This document shows positions 27,283-41,042 of a stretch of 64,000 nucleotides of DNA, one piece after another. Within the stretch, counting starts at the first letter, position 1. The number at the start of each line of letters is the position of its first letter. The notes under the pieces are model-generated. The model saw nothing but the letters and a program-made list of their open reading frames with translations. It was not told the DNA's origin and did no database searches. This DNA is from Octopus sinensis (taxonomy: Eukaryota). The stretch lies in assembly GCF_006345805.1 (NCBI RefSeq), contig NC_042999.1, forward strand, positions 111,662,001-111,726,000, in the 5' to 3' direction. Position numbers and translations under genes: made by a program.

Positions 27283-27439
27283 GGAGTGGCTGTGTGGTAA
27301 GTAGCTTGTTTACCAACCACATGGTTCCGGGTTCAGTCCCACTGCGCAGCACCTTGGGCAAGTGTCTTCTACTATAGCCTCGGGCCGAGCAATGCCTGTG
27401 AGTGGATTTGGTAGACGGAAACTGAAAGAAGCCCGTCGT

Positions 27440-27485
<46 letters not shown>

Positions 27486-27702
27486 TGTGTGTGTTTGTGT
27501 GTCTGTGTTTGTCCCCCCAACATTGCTTGACAACCGATTCTGGCGTGTTCATGTCCCCGTTACTTAGCGGTTCGACAAAAGAGACCGATAGAATAAGTAC
27601 TGGGCTTACAAAAGAATAAGTCCCGGGTCGAGTTGCTCGATTAAAGGCGGTGCTCCAGCATGGCCGCAGTCAAATGACTGAAACATGTAAAAGAGTAAAA
27701 GA

Positions 27703-27703
<1 letters not shown>
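27282..27703 (+). mobile_element. SINE family B, well-preserved copy
   Basis: tRNA-like head (tggctgtgtgg A-box, ggttcagtccc B-box), central domain, tail ..tgactgaaacatgtaaaagag. Confidence 0.9.
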
Positions 27704-27739
<36 letters not shown>

Positions 27740-27816
27740 GAAATATGTTACAAAAAGAAAATAGAAACCACATATACATATATATATACATATATATATA
27801 TATATTTATATAGATT

Positions 27817-27872
<56 letters not shown>

Positions 27873-28479
27873 TAGATGCACACACTTACACACGCACATA
27901 TCCACACACACACATTCTCACATACAGACGCAGGTGCACCTTTGTTTTGGGATCACCCTTACTTTATTATTTCCCCTTTCTTGTCAAACCTTTTTTTCCA
28001 ACCAGTCGGCATGCTTGGCCGCTGAAATTCACAAGTTCTTTTTATTCTCTCTCTACTTTTTTTCTCTTATTCCTTTTTGTTGAAGAGTGTGGGCCCGAAA
28101 TGTAAAAGACTCTCAATTTTTCGAACGACAGTCTAATACACCTGCTTGTTCTTCATACACTTGTCTTGGTTTTTGGTTTTTCTGTTAATTTCAAGTGTAT
28201 ATATATATATATAATTTCAACAATTGAGGGTAAAATTAATTAATTAATTAATCAATTTCACCAAGTATTCAGTATGCAAAGGGACCATTTAAGGCAAATT
28301 CAAATTATTACATTATATAAAAGGGCTTAGTAAAATAAATTACTTTGCCGCATACTGAACTCGTTAGAAATAGCAGCTAAAAAAACTATTTCTAACACTT
28401 AAAGAAAACCTCTCTCATATAGTGTTTGCTCAATTCAACTCAAGAAAGTATGAGGGTAGAGACATTAAAAAATCAAATG

Positions 28480-28554
28480 CAAAGGTTATTTGAGTACGTA
28501 CGTTTCAAGATTAGCCAAAATCGACCCTTCTCTCATCAGCTCAGAATGCCCTTG
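28480..28554 (-). ncRNA. Type I hammerhead ribozyme, copy 1
   Basis: UGAG-CUGAUGA-stem II(GAGA..UCUU)-GAAAC-GUAC-GUA/CUCA; distal stem I CAAGGG/CCUUUG; predicted cut between 28495 and 28494. Confidence 0.85.
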
Positions 28555-29030
28555 TTTGAATTTGAAAACACTGAAAATGGGAGCATACCCTTTCGGCTTG
28601 TTATCGCTTCTGAAGATCTGTTCCAAACTAACAGTGCCAACAAACTCAAATATGCAAGAGAAAAATTTCTGCTCTCCCCTTTCCACCAGCGTGGGTTAAA
28701 ATCAGCAAACACTATGCTTTTTTCGGTAAAATCCGAGACAATTAAGTAGAGAGAGATGAATTATAATTTCAACAATTGAGGGTAAAATTAATTAATTAAT
28801 TAATCAATTTCACCAAGTATTCAGTATGCAAAGGGACCATTTAAGGCAAATTCAAATTATTACATTATATAAAAGGGCTTAGTAAAATAAATTACTTTGC
28901 CGCATACTGTACTCGTTAGAAATAGCAGCTAAAAAAACTATTTCTAACACTTAAAGAAAACCTCTCTCATATAGTGTTTGCTCAATTCAACTCAAGAAAG
29001 TATGAGGGTAGAGACATTAAAAAATCAATG

Positions 29031-29105
29031 CAAAGGTTATTTGAGTACGTACGTTTCAAGATTAGCCAAAATCGACCCTTCTCTCATCAGCTCAGAATGC
29101 CCTTG
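29031..29105 (-). ncRNA. Type I hammerhead ribozyme, copy 2
   Basis: Identical to copy 1, offset 551 bp; predicted cut between 29046 and 29045. Confidence 0.85.
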
Positions 29106-29507
29106 TTTGAATTTGAAAACACTGAAAATGGGAGCATACCCTTTCGGCTTGTTATCGCTTCTGAAGATCTGTTCCAAACTAACAGTGCCAACAAACTCAA
29201 ATATGCAAGAGAAAAATTTCTGCTCTCCCCTTTCCACCAGCGTGGGTTAAAATCAGCAAACACTATGCTTTTTTCGGTAAAATCCGAGACAATTAAGTAG
29301 AGAGAGATGAATTATAATTTCAACAATTGAGGGTAAAATTAATTAATTAATTAATCAATTTCACCAAGTATTCAGTATGCAAAGGGACCATTTAAGGCAA
29401 ATTCAAATTATTACATTATATAAAAGGTCTTAGTAAAATAAATTACTTTGCCGCATACCTCCACCACCATCACCACCACCACAATCAACACCACCTCCAT
29501 CATCGTG

Positions 29508-29548
<41 letters not shown>

Positions 29549-29590
29549 ATTTATCATCATCATTACTACAACTAATAATATTAATACTAA

Positions 29591-29680
29591 TAAGTGTTAG
29601 AAATAGTTTTTTTAGCTGCTATTTCTAACGAGTTCAGTATGCGGCAAAGTAATTTATTTTACTAAGCCCTTTTATATAAT
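29591..29680 (+). repeat. Inverted partial copy of the 552-bp unit
   Basis: Reverse complement of about 28313-28402. Confidence 0.92.
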
Positions 29681-29835
29681 ATATATATATATATATATAG
29701 GTAAAGATAAACTTACTTGAGAATGGATGCATCGCGTTCAATTAAATAAATAAACGATATAACATTATATTATAAATACACACACACACCACACACACAC
29801 ACACAAATATATATATATATATATATATATCTATA

Positions 29836-29881
<46 letters not shown>

Positions 29882-29882
29882 G

Positions 29883-30045
29883 ATGGGCTTCTTGCAGTTT
29901 TTGTCTACCAAATCCACTCACAAGGATTTGGCCGGCCCGAGGCTATAGTAGATGACACTTGCCCAACGTGCCAGGCAGCGGATGCTGAATCCGGAAGCAT
30001 GTGATTGAGAAGCAAGCTTCTTACCAACGCAGCCTCTCCTGCGAC
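29883..30045 (-). mobile_element. SINE family B 5' half
   Basis: cgatgggcttcttgcagttttt..ctaccaaatccactcacaagg..acacttgcccaa. Confidence 0.8.
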
Positions 30046-31739
30046 TATATATATATATATATATCTAACAAAATCTTGTACACTAGAATGTATGTATACT
30101 GGAGGAATTTCCCAAGGAATAAATTTCTCTCTATAGATTTTGAGTGAAAAATACATCTAACAGAGTTCTAAGTCATACTAATAGGCTATTAAAATTGTGT
30201 TCTGGCGTGAAGTAATTTCGCATCTTCGGTCATTTGAAGCTAAGCCGTAACTTGTGTTCCTAAATTTAAATATGCTCAGTATAGAAAACAGATAGTAATG
30301 CTCAAATGAATTTGAACTTAAACTTCGAATTTATAGTAGACTGGGTTGACGGCGTCAAAAGTAGTTAAAAGAGAAATCCAGAACGACCTGACATGGTGCC
30401 AGTGAAGCAGACAAATACAACTATACATACATACATACATACATACATTCATACATACATACATGCATACATACATACATACATATATACCTACATACAT
30501 ACACACATGTATATATATACATGTATATGTATATATGTATATATATATGTGCATATATATGTGTAAATATATATGCATGTATATATATATGTATATATAT
30601 TGATAGATAGATAGATAGATAGATAGATAGGAAGAGATAGATACATGCACACAAATATACGTGTATATATATATATGTGTGTGTGTGTATGTATGTATGT
30701 ATGTATATATATGTATAGATATAGATATATAAAGCATACATTTATGATATTAATTTCTTCTGCATCACTCTCTTTTATCTCTTAATCACTCCTTCTCATC
30801 TCCAGTATCGGTCATCCCCCACCTCTCAGTATTTGTATCATTCTATAAGCTAACAGTGTCATACTTCTGTCTAGACGTGTCAGTAAACTGAAACAGCCTT
30901 TGTTCATGCGATAAAATAAAATACTATTATTTTGAAGAGAACTGTCATAGCGGAATCATGTTGAGAGAGAGAGAGGGGGGAGCGAGCGAGAGAGAGAATA
31001 TGAGAAAGACAGATACCGTGTGGAAGGGATAAATAGAGAGATCGACAAACAGGCAGACACACAGGAACGGAGAAAGAGAACGTTGTTTAAAAGAGAGCAG
31101 AGAGGGAGAAAATTCTTCAGATGATAGAAATGTCAGTTGCTTGAGATCTGTTAGCGAAAGCGAGGTGAAATAAGGAAAAAGAGAGTGAGAAAGACAGCAA
31201 GAGAGATATATGAAAAGTGTGAATGAAGAGCTGGCTCATTTAAGTTCAGCGTGGTCCCTTTTCTTTAGACACCACGCTACTTAGTGAGTAGGCGGGAAGT
31301 TTAATCAATTTGATCCGCTTGTGTTAAAAGTTGTTGATATTTATTATTTCCTACATCTAGAGTTGAATGAAAGGAAAGATAGAAGGGAGCCTTTCCTTTC
31401 TTTCTCCTAGCTCGCAGCTTCTTGTAAAAGGCACGACCCCATCCACGAATTTGCTAAAAGCAGCCAGGTAGAACGGAACTGAATCGAATCGAATCATATA
31501 ATACACGACGACACGAATTTACAGGGGTTGGTGTATGGGGTATTTGACGGCGAAGAAATGTTTACGTGTGTTGTTCAGAGAGAGACATGAGTTGAGGAAG
31601 GAAAGATGCTAAGTCACATGCTGTGATCTGAAATTGCAGCGTCATTTATACCAGGATGTGAAGAAAGCTCCCTTCTGTGTGTTGTCATCGCCTCTTTTCT
31701 GTTACTGAGACGCTTCCCTGAGTCCTTGTTCCTTTATTC

Positions 31740-31912
31740 TTCTTGCTTGCTGTTATTGTTATGTTGCTATTGATGTTGTTGCTGTTGCTGTTGTTGAGGA
31801 TGATGATTATGTCGTTGTTGCTGATATTTTTGTTCTTATTATTGTCACCACCAAAAAAGCTACCTCCACCACCATCACCACCACCACAATCAACACCACC
31901 TCCATCATCGTG

Positions 31913-31950
<38 letters not shown>

Positions 31951-32035
31951 ATTTATCATCATCATTACTACAACTAATAATATTAATACTAATACTGTTG
32001 CCGCTGCTATTTTTGCCTCTGCTATTACTACTACA

Positions 32036-32081
<46 letters not shown>

Positions 32082-32114
32082 TACTACTACTACTACTACT
32101 ACTACTACTGATAT

Positions 32115-32157
<43 letters not shown>

Positions 32158-32193
32158 GTAGTAGTAGTAGTAGTAATAATAATAATAATAATG

Positions 32194-32279
<86 letters not shown>

Positions 32280-32300
32280 CCTTCTATTAATAATAATTAT
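31740..32300. repeat. Compound trinucleotide low-complexity block (GTT/CAC/CAT/CTA/TAA)
   Basis: Direct reading. Confidence 0.92.
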
Positions 32301-32317
32301 AATAATCATTTCTATTA

Positions 32318-32520
32318 GAGACACAAGGCCTGAAATTTGGGGCAGGGAGATAGTCGATTACATCAACCCCCAGTACTCAACTGGTACTTACTTTATCGAC
32401 CCTGAAAGGATAAAAGGTAGAGTTGAACTTCGCGGAATATGAACTCAGAACGTAGTGACGGGTGAAATGCCGCCTAGCATTTCGTTCGGCGTACTAACGA
32501 GTCTGCCAGCTCACCGCCTT
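32318..32520 (-). mobile_element. SINE family A
   Basis: Homology to other copies, TAA arrays on both sides. Confidence 0.87.
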
Positions 32521-32559
32521 ATAATAGTAATGATGATGATGATAATGATGATATTAAGA

Positions 32560-32751
32560 CTACTGGAGCTGCTGTCAGGCTCGAAGTGATCCAGAAGACA
32601 GCATTGTTGGCTACAGCTCGCATTCTAAGGATAGTATTGTCTCTTTTGAGTCACAAGAGAAGGCACTACTTGAAACCTTTGGTGGTTTGTTATTGCCTGC
32701 TTTCAAGTAAAGAACAACCGGTAATAAAGAATTATCCGAGAGTCTTTCAGA

Positions 32752-32752
<1 letters not shown>
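32560..32752 (+). mobile_element. R4/Dong-clade 3'-terminal fragment (another family)
   Basis: IQKTALLATARILRIVL matches the C-terminus of the other R4/Dong ORFs here; followed by (TAA)n. Confidence 0.75.
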
Positions 32753-32819
<67 letters not shown>

Positions 32820-32873
32820 TAATAATAATAATAATAATAATATAATAATAATAATATAATAATAATAATAATA

Positions 32874-32932
<59 letters not shown>

Positions 32933-32936
32933 AATG

Positions 32937-32973
<37 letters not shown>

Positions 32974-33116
32974 ACTACTGCTGCTACTACACCTCTACTA
33001 CACTACTGGCGCCACCAACACTGCTACAAGCACTGCCACCATCAGTTCTACCACTATCACCATCACCATCACCAACAACAACATCACTGCTGATGTTGCT
33101 ACTGCTGCTGCTGCTG

Positions 33117-33154
<38 letters not shown>

Positions 33155-33185
33155 GCTACTGCTACTACTACTACTACTTCTGTGG
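32753..33185. repeat. Compound (TAA)(TGA)(CTA)n block
   Basis: Direct reading. Confidence 0.93.
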
Positions 33186-33841
33186 CTACTTCAACTATTG
33201 ACGACGAATCTTCAGTAATGCTCTTGTTAGAGGCCAAGTGGTAAACCGCTGACGAACCGAGACGGAAAACCGATTTCAATTTGCAGTCGAAGATTGATTT
33301 AATTAACTTTTGCAATATTACTTTGGTAAAAAAGTATGAATGTCACGACAGCGGTTCCTTCTTGTTCATCAAAAAACTAATAGTGTACAAGTAGTTAGGA
33401 AGTATAATTAATAAATTCGGTAGAACGCTGGCAATGAATATCATAGTTAACATTATCTCTAATTTGTAAAAATATCAGATCTTGTGCAGCATATGAGAGA
33501 GGGAGAGAGGGAGAAAGGGAGAGAAAGAGGGAGAGAGGCAGACAGACAGACAGACAGAAAGAGAGAGAGAGAGAAAGACGGGTATTAAATTGTTACTTTT
33601 TATTTCTAAGTTAGCGTTGATAGAACAGAACTATGATCACACACTCTCCAGCCATGGCCACTTCCTCTTTCTTTCCAGTAATGATGTATCTGACACTGCT
33701 TTATCTAATGTAGCCAGAACGTTTCCAAGACTGTGCTGTGTGGTTTGTATGCGATATCTTGAAAGTTGAGCGATGTCTTGGAATCTATCTATCTCGTTTT
33801 GGCCCGAGCGACACTGCTGTTGTTGTTGAAGTAGTAGTATC

Positions 33842-33878
<37 letters not shown>

Positions 33879-34279
33879 GAGGAGGAGGAGGAGGAGGAGG
33901 AGGTGCAAAGATAACTCACATCCTCAGCATTTCCATTCGGCTAACATAGGGCGCGTCTTCTGTGACCGAGTCACATTCCAGACGATGGGTATTCTGTAGG
34001 TACCTACCTTGTAATACGTGCTTCAATGAACACAAGATCTGCTTACATATATATGTTGTCACATATACAATTGAATATATATATATATTATATATATATA
34101 TATGTCAAACTTTGTCAGTGCTTGTGCGTGAATGTAACCAACCGTGATATAGTAATACGTGTATATATATATATATGATAGGACACACACAAAATAAACA
34201 ATTGCATACATACACACGCATATATATATGTGTGTGTGTGAACGTATATATACATATATGCTTATATATACATATATAA

Positions 34280-34321
<42 letters not shown>

Positions 34322-35112
34322 AGAAGCTTATTTTATGAATCAAGAATACGCACATTGATGCCTACACAAATACTCACAGATTCATACATAAACACATGTG
34401 TATATACATGAGTGTTTATATAAATATATCTGAATATGTAGTGCAGGTGTCGCTCATATTTCGGTCATGGAGTATGCTGCTTTATAATGACATCTTAACA
34501 ATGGAATACATTTGTATGGTAGCTTTGTACCTGTGATACTACTATAAATATATATTTTCATGTACATGTATGTATGTATGCATACATATATAAATGAATA
34601 TACACACACACACACATATTCTTTTTTTTTGTTTCAGTCATATATATATATATATTGAGAGAGGGAGGGAGAGAGTGAGAGAAATTGATAGAGAGATAGA
34701 AAATGGAATGAATGATTTGCTTTAAAAATCACTTCAGTTGTTTCTACACATTTTAACTCTCGTAGTACATTGGTGAGATGTTGTGTAATCATTATTATCC
34801 ATCCAAGGTGTAAAATGTACTTCCTCGGGGTATTTTCTAATTAAGTCCTTTGTCATTTCATTCAGTGTGAGAATTCATTCTGACACTTGTGGGCTAGTGT
34901 CTCACGGGCAGCTTTTGACTTTTCTATCCAAAAGATATTTTAAACAAACATTTACGCGTTATTATTTATAGTTTTATGTTTTTCTATATCAACCGTTCCG
35001 TAAAAGAATTATTTCTCGTTCTCTCAACGTTTATAAACTTTTAATGATGTTATATATTTTTTTTTTGTACTTGTTTCAGTCATTTGACTGCGGCCATGCT
35101 GGAGCACCGCCT

Positions 35113-35278
35113 TTTAGAGTGGTGAAAGAGTACAGCAGGGATCACCACCTCCTGCCGGAGCCTCGTGGAGCTTTTAGGTGTTTTTTCGCTCAATAAACAC
35201 ACACAACGCCCGGTCTGGGAATCGAAACCGCGATCCTCCGACCGCAAGTCCGCTGCCCTAACCACTAGGCCATTGCGG
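35113..35278 (-). mobile_element. SINE family C with tRNA-like head
   Basis: tggcctagtggttagggcagcggac..ggtttcgattccc = Pol III A and B boxes; no complete cloverleaf; abuts family B tail at 35070-35112. Confidence 0.8.
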
Positions 35279-35428
35279 TGTGTATGTGTGTGTGTGTGTA
35301 GATACCGCGCCTTCTCCTCTCTCTGTGTATATATGTATGTGTGTGTGTGAGTGCTTATGTATATATGTATGCATATATATATATATACATGTATATATGT
35401 AGATGTATATATATATATATATATATAT

Positions 35429-35624
35429 GTAGGTCCAGGGTTGATTCGGGGTTAACCACAGTAAATAAGGTACTCAATGCATAGCAGAGTAAAATTAATT
35501 TATTATATAGAAGGAGCTTCTACAGGACTAGAACTGTTTCATTCAAGAGAAATCTTCAGGAAGCTTCCTGAAGATTTCTTTGAATGAAACAGTTCTAGTC
35601 CTGTAGAAGCTCCTTCTATATAAT
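35429..35624. repeat. Short element ending in a 123-bp near-perfect palindrome (35502-35624), in (TA)n
   Basis: Arms centred on AAGCTT, one 1-nt indel; hammerhead-like motif in each arm. Confidence 0.9.
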
Positions 35625-35633
35625 ATATATATA

Positions 35634-35682
<49 letters not shown>

Positions 35683-36859
35683 ATATATATCAATAGATAG
35701 TTCATTCCTCTCATGCAGCTCCGGACAAAAACTTTTCTTAGCGTTGCCACTTTACAACATAACAAATAATACACACAAAACAACCACGAAGCTTCTCTTC
35801 AACATTTATGCTAAATGTACGTGACACCAAATCTCTCAATGTCCCAAAATGGAAGATTGGCTTGCAGAAATAACATATTGCATCCCTTTCAAACAAAGAA
35901 GTATTTTATCACAATTTTGTCTTTAAAGATATTCTTTAATAACGCATATTAAATAACAGACATTTTTGGCGGATCAATTTCAATTTATAGCAAAAGCGTA
36001 AATGTACCTGCACACATGTGAAACCTGTTTTTACAGTTTCCTCCGTGGTATAATTTTTTCAAGCATATCCAGGCAACATTTGTTGGTGTAATCTGATTCT
36101 TCAATTCTTTTTATTTCTTATAATCTTTATACAAAACAAGAGAATTGAAAACCAGTACGGAACAAACTGTGATCCGAAGCAGTAGCCTGGTCATAAATGA
36201 ATTACATTACATCAAACTGAATGAATATGTAATTTTGTCTACTTTCCCAAGGGCATGGGCTATAAGGGATAATTCCCCCTAATCAAACGAAACATTTGAT
36301 TGGCCCAAAAGCTTGTTTTTTTCTTCTTTGATATTTTATGCTATATATATATGTATATGTACAGGGTGTTCAATTTAAAAGTTGATTCAATTGCATTTAT
36401 TGTTAGTTAAAAAGGATGTGCAATATAATGGACAAACATACTTTTACTAAAGTGCTGATTTAAAAGTTACATCAAACTGGTTACAAAATTGTTGAAATTG
36501 TTGCCCGCCACGTTGTAGACATAAGTCAACACGACGACGTTTGTTCTGGAACACATTAATCAAAACTTTACGGGTGATATTTTGGACAACATCAGTAATA
36601 CAAACATAGCGTCCTTGATATAGCCGAATAAAAAGAAGCCGTGAGGCGTTAAGTCAGGTGATCTGAGTGACCAGAGGCTTTTCGTGATCAACCTGTGTTC
36701 AAAAGTTTGTCGTAAGTGAAACAAAGTGTGGTTACTAACATGACATGTTGTTGAGTACTGTTGAAACCATGAGTTGCTTTTTTCATTCTCAGTTAGCTGC
36801 TCAACAAACTAATCAATTATCTCACCAGAATGTTCTGAATTGAAGGTTACGAAAAAATC

Positions 36860-37512
36860 GAGGATGAAAGGCAAAGACGATCTCGGCGGAATTTGAACTC
36901 AGAAAGTAACGGCAGACGAAATACGGCTACGCATTTCACCCGGCGTGCTAATGAATCAGTAAGCTCGCCGTTTTAATAATAATAATCCTTTCTACTACAA
37001 GCAAAAGAGCTGAAATTTTGGGAGAGGGGACAAGTCGATTGCATCGACCCCAGTGTTTCACTGGAACTTAATTTATCGAACCCGAGAGGATGAAGGGCAA
37101 AGTCGATCTCGGCGGAATTTGAACTCTAAGCACAAGGCCTTGAAAATTTTGGGAGGACGAAGGATAGTCGATTACATCGACCTCAATGCAAAACGAGCAC
37201 TTATTTCATCGATTCCGAATGGATGAAAGGCAAAGTTGACCTCGGCGGAATTGAACTCAGAACGTATTGGCAGACGAAATACTTATTTCTTTACTAACCA
37301 CAAGGGGCTAAACACAGAGAGGACAAACAAGGACAGACAAACGGATTAAGTCGATTATATCGACCCCAGTGCGTAACTGGTACTTAATTTATCGACCCCA
37401 AAATGATGAAAGGCAAAGTCGACCTCGGCGGAATTTGAACTCAGAACGTAACAGCAGACGAAATACGGCTACGCATTTCGCCCGGCGTGCTAACAATTCT
37501 GCCAGCTCACCG
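36860..37512 (-). mobile_element. Cluster of nested SINE family A copies
   Basis: Four repetitions of the ggatgaaaggcaaagtcgacctcggcggaatttgaactc core. Confidence 0.88.
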
Positions 37513-37809
37513 CTTTATATAATAATGATGATAATAATAACAATAAAATCTTTTTAATAACAATAATATGAACAATTACATCCACAACAGGAATACAAGT
37601 AGCGCGAAGTAAAAATTAAAAGAAAATTTCAATGTTTGCTACAGCATTATTGATCAGTATTAATTTGTATACAATATGGAAATATGCACTTCCAAATACA
37701 TATAAACAAATAAGATTAGCAGCAACAAAATCAATGATAAACAATAGCTGTAAAACCAGTGCAATACAAATCCAAATAGATGCAAATATGCAACCTACTG
37801 CATCAACAA

Positions 37810-38645
<836 letters not shown>

Positions 38646-39084
38646 CAAAGCAATTAAATGCCAGTTTGCCTTCCAGAAGAAAAACTATTGAAAACATGTC
38701 TGCCAGCTATTCTTTCAGTTATCATTTGCTCGAAGCTGAACTATCTTTCATTTTTATATGATTTTTATATTTTGGATGTTATTCTTTTATTTATTTCTTG
38801 TTTTCATTTTGTTGTTGGTAAACATTTAGCTTTAATTTTTAAATCTATTGTTTCTATATTTCTTTATTGATTAAATTATTGTATCTTTCTTTTGTTTTGT
38901 TGCGTGTTTTTTTTTTGTGTGAGTGAGCAAGCGTGGCGACTATTGCAGAGTGGGTCTCATTTATCCCAATTTTACGAAATGATAACCCGCACCGCGCTCC
39001 TTATCCTCCAACACAATCACAAAGCAATGAAAAATTGATATACATACGCCAACACAAGCACACACACACGCACATGTATATTGT

Positions 39085-39161
<77 letters not shown>

Positions 39162-39249
39162 ATGTGTGTTATATTATATTATATATAGATACATACATAT
39201 GTATATACTTGTGTGTATATAGATGGAAGGAAAGAAAGAAAGACCGTTC

Positions 39250-39323
<74 letters not shown>

Positions 39324-39675
39324 CAGACAGAAAGACAGACAGACAGACAGACAGATAAATAGATATTGTCATTCCGCATAAATTGCTCAACCAGTCCTAT
39401 GTGGGACAGTACACAAAATCCACCTATCACTTTTTACACAACTACCTAGCCCTTGGTTGCCTGTAGTGAAGTCCACTCTTGTATTAATTCCGAACAGGTG
39501 TCAAATCATAACCAGATGTTCAAATATGATTAATAAGAACCTGTTTCATTTCTCTCTTCACCAATCTCAGAAACCCAAGTAAAAGATCATAGCTAGGCTA
39601 TCATGTTTTTTTTTTTTGCTTTTTTTTTTGTATTTTATGGCTAGGCTTATAGTAAAGACCTTATTCAGTCACGAA

Positions 39676-39905
39676 TGATCATGAGATTGCACCTACAAGG
39701 TTACCCTCCGAGATACAAGTCCGGGCAAGTTTGTTTATGGAGGACCAGCACTCGCCCATGCATACCAGTCTCTCCTCTCCATGCCACAGACATTATCCAA
39801 GGGAAAGGCAAAGGCCAATACAACTTGGCACCTGTGACATTGCAGCTCATTTCTACAGCTGAGTGAACTAGAACAACATGAAATAAAGTGTCTTGCTCAA
39901 GAACA
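39676..39905 (-). mobile_element. SINE family D fragment
   Basis: Minus strand ttgagcaagacactttatttcatgttgttctagttcactcagctg resembles a conserved SINE central domain. Confidence 0.55.
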
Positions 39906-40019
39906 TATAAGGTAAAATGGGTTGCTGTATGGAATAACGGTCTATTTCTGGTAGCATTTCTATTGAAACTGACACCTAACAGACAGGTGAACAGAAAGGA
40001 ATAGAAATGGTCTCAAATT

Positions 40020-40376
40020 TTGGCACAAGGCCAGCTATTTTGGGGGTGGAGCTAAGTCGATTACTTCCCATTCAGTACTCAACTTGTACTTATTTTATCG
40101 ATCCCGAAAGGATGAAAGACAAATTCGACCTCAACGGAATTTGAACTCAGAACATAAAGACGGATAAAATACCTATTTCTTTACTACCCACAAGGGACTA
40201 AACACAGAGAGGACAGACAAGTACAGGCAAACGGATTAAGTCGATTATATCGACCCCAGTGCGTAACTGGTACTTATTTAATCGATCTCAAACGGATGAA
40301 AGCCAATTTCAACCTCAGCGGAATTTGAACTCAGAACATAAAGACGGATAAAATACCGCTAAGCATTTTGCCCGGT
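40020..40376 (-). mobile_element. Composite SINE family A with 39-bp internal direct repeat
   Basis: Homology to family A; repeat at 40135-40173 and 40319-40357. Confidence 0.87.
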
Positions 40377-41042
40377 GATGGTGGTGGTAGTGGTGGTAGT
40401 GGTGGTGGTCGTGTGGGCTGTTGGTGGTGCTGGTGCTAGTGTTGGTAGTAGTGGGAATGAGGTTTAGTGTTGTGATGATGATGATGATGATGATGATAAC
40501 AATAGCAATAACAACACCAACAAATACAATAATTATTGCTAGAACGTGATTTATAATAGCATAAGCAAAACAAAAAAAAAACAAATAATATTTCAAAACT
40601 ATGGAATATTAGTTGTTAGATGTATTCTTTTCCAAATTAAATTTTTAAAACTGATTTCCTAGGTTGTAGAGTTAAACATATGTTAATATATGTAAATTGC
40701 AAAATGATGGAGCAGCAAAAAACAGTAAATTACTGGATTATATGCCCTACAGTAATTAAGTTATGTTTAACAGCAATAATTTCAAAAATGGCTATACAAC
40801 ATCACATATCACAGTAACATCTTAAATACACTCACAAGTCAACAGTAAGCAAATACTCTTTCACTAAATCACTCATCAGAAAAAGAAATACTAAGCAAAA
40901 ATAAATAAGGTACATTAGACAAAATTAGACATCAGTAAAACAAAAATAAGTAAATAAAAATTCGTAAAAGCAACAGACCTTGACGTTATCGCGAATGTAT
41001 TTACACATATAATCGTAGGCGAGAGAATTTACCGAAATCTCC

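Larger units (their letters stand above)
28211..29458 (-). mobile_element. Tandem ~552-bp repeat (2 full + 1 partial unit) with hammerhead ribozymes; retrozyme or Penelope pLTR-type
   Basis: Unit starts at 28211, 28763, 29314; near-identical copies; one hammerhead per full unit. Confidence 0.85.

Noticed and set aside
28426-29300. 107-108 aa ORFs in the 552-bp units
   Set aside because: No known domain, start differs between copies by an indel; the RNA motif explains the unit better
28211-29458. CRISPR-like interpretation of the tandem arrays
   Set aside because: Eukaryotic DNA, long identical units, no unique spacers
31180-31740. GC-richer unique block as possible promoter or enhancer (also 62150-62700)
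   Set aside because: No diagnostic motif cluster visible; needs conservation or chromatin data
33246-33278. CTGACGA..GAAA hammerhead-like string
   Set aside because: No stem I, poor stem II closure, UUU at the cleavage position
35200-35278. Possible tRNA gene
   Set aside because: A and B boxes present but no acceptor stem; continues into SINE body
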